Shown: positions 62,301 to 64,000 of the stretch, in pieces
Layout of the letters: each line of letters starts with the position of its first letter
Position numbering within the stretch: the first letter of the stretch is position 1
Source: Ruditapes philippinarum
Lineage: Eukaryota
Assembly (NCBI RefSeq): GCF_026571515.1
Contig: NW_026854772.1
Span: forward strand, 186,001-250,000
Length of the DNA stretch: 64,000 bases
Direction: 5' to 3'
Made by a program: the position numbers and the translations under genes
The notes under the pieces: model-generated
Told to the model about the DNA's origin: nothing
Seen by the model: only the letters and a program-made list of their open reading frames with translations
Databases searched by the model: none

Positions 62301-64000
62301 ATTTCATAAGAGAGTAGATATATTAAATTTATCGTAAATTGCATAATCATAGATGAACATTTTATTGCTAATTAATTAGACGATAATTTCAACGAGAGTT
62401 CTGTTTTTAATTAATTTATATATTAATGATTAGATGTAGCTTTCCAATATAGACAAGGTGTAAATGTTAAGAGTGACCCCACCTAGGCAATATTGAAAGA
62501 CCGCAATGTCTATTTCGCGGTTTGGGACTGAATTTGGAGAATGTAGAACTCCATTGTTGATCTTTCTTTTCATTTTTCTTATTTGAACAATTGTGCAAAC
62601 TAGCGTTCACGTCAAAATACACTTGATTCATTCAAAGAAGATTTTTTAGCCGTTATCCGTTCGGCAAAAACCGAATATTCAAGTACATTTGGGACCGAAG
62701 TTGAACACCGACGATCTGTAATCTACATAGCTTGCTCATTAAAAGAATCTAAATTCCCTTAAGAGATATAAACCATCGGGGGTGAAGGGCAAGTGGTGTG
62801 AAATCAAGGACTTTACCATTCGGTTATACTATAAATAAGAGAAATAGATGAGAAAAAAGAAGGTTTAGGAAAAGAATGATTATAAATAGTGAATCTTGAC
62901 AAAGAGACACGAATGATTCTTCAATCTAAAAGCAAAAAAGAAAGGGATAGATAGTTGAAAATTAAACAGCAAAAAGTTATGGAACAGATATTTACGAATG
63001 AAGATTTGTTTGTTAGCAAAATAGAGTATTACGAAGAATCGAAGGGGGAGTAGACGATATAAGAGTCTAGAAAGGATAAAAACTTAGGAAAGATTTGTGG
63101 AAAACTCGAGTCAGAAATGAAAAATCTCCGACAAGGATAGAGGAAAAGAAAATAGAGTTGGCTAATCTTATTCCCAAGGAAAAACTGAAAAAAGTATCAA
63201 GTTAAAGATGAAATTAAAGTCTTTCATCCATTACAGAAGATTGATAATTGTAAAGAGACAATGACATTATTTTTAATGATTAAGTTAGACAGGAATTATT
63301 ATTAGAAATAAAAAGAAACTGTCGCACATATGAATACACATTGTACTAGACGGGTTAAGGCAAATAGTTTTGTAATCACGTCCATACCTTATCACCAAAC
63401 AAATTGAATTCCGACTTAGATGAAAAGCCATACTATTTCAGGGACTAAGTGTTTACATGCTCCATTAGAAGCATCTAATTCTAATACGTTATTCATTTAC
63501 AGAAGAAATCAACTTGTTCAAAAATCAGACCCCAACACATCCTTCTAGAAATTATTCAATGCCTTGCTTGAAGACACTGTCTACCGTGCCCTGGATAGGG
63601 AAACGCCATTTGTACTTCTTGTATTGTGCAAATTTGTTTCCAATAAGTCTTCCTGCTCAATGGAAGTTATCTACATCAGACTTGTCTTACTGAAGTTCAA
63701 ATTGGATGCTTTGAACTAGGGAAAACCAAAATCTCAAAAGAATGCCCATAAAAAACAACAAAATTGATGCAAGCTCAAGCCTGTACCAAGAACAGTAGAA
63801 CCACACCAACCATGCCAAGGGGTATGGTTCGTTACCGTTACTTCAAACGTTAGTCGTTCATCCGACAGATGGGCACTTGAGCACCCATTGGATAACAAAA
63901 CGTTTCAACACGACGTTGCTAAAGATGTTTGCGACCATGCCTTTGTCCTTGTCTAAAATGACAACCATCACGAAAGTACAGAGCTCCCTCTTTACATTCT

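Larger units (their letters stand above)
51076..64000 (+). repeat. Segmental tandem duplication, unit B (runs off the window)
   Basis: Collinear with 30963-48600. Confidence 0.93.

Overview
AT-rich eukaryotic DNA with spliceosomal introns. The repeat types suggest a bivalve mollusc, possibly a venerid-type clam (inference). Left to right: (1) the first three coding exons of a minus-strand amino-acid permease; (2) a nested transposon cluster of TIR elements, a CR1-type LINE RT, piggyBac-type MITEs, Helentron-type elements and SINEs; (3) a complete 8-exon S-formylglutathione hydrolase (ESD) gene, 283 aa; (4) three copies, two intact and one pseudogene, of a two-exon gene for a small secreted protein. 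Its architecture is signal peptide, cationic Trp/Lys CxxC head (FWKK[RK]CK[HK]CKW), (GGGY)n repeat, then a GWKKY C-terminus, which resembles pearl-oyster KRMP/shematrin; (5) two intact intronless orphan class A GPCRs with a very acidic ECL2. One Gly/Tyr gene and one GPCR form a unit that is tandemly duplicated (~30963-48600 and ~51076 to past the window end), with Gypsy relics at the junction. The ORF track misses the multi-exon genes, and most short ORFs in it are spurious.
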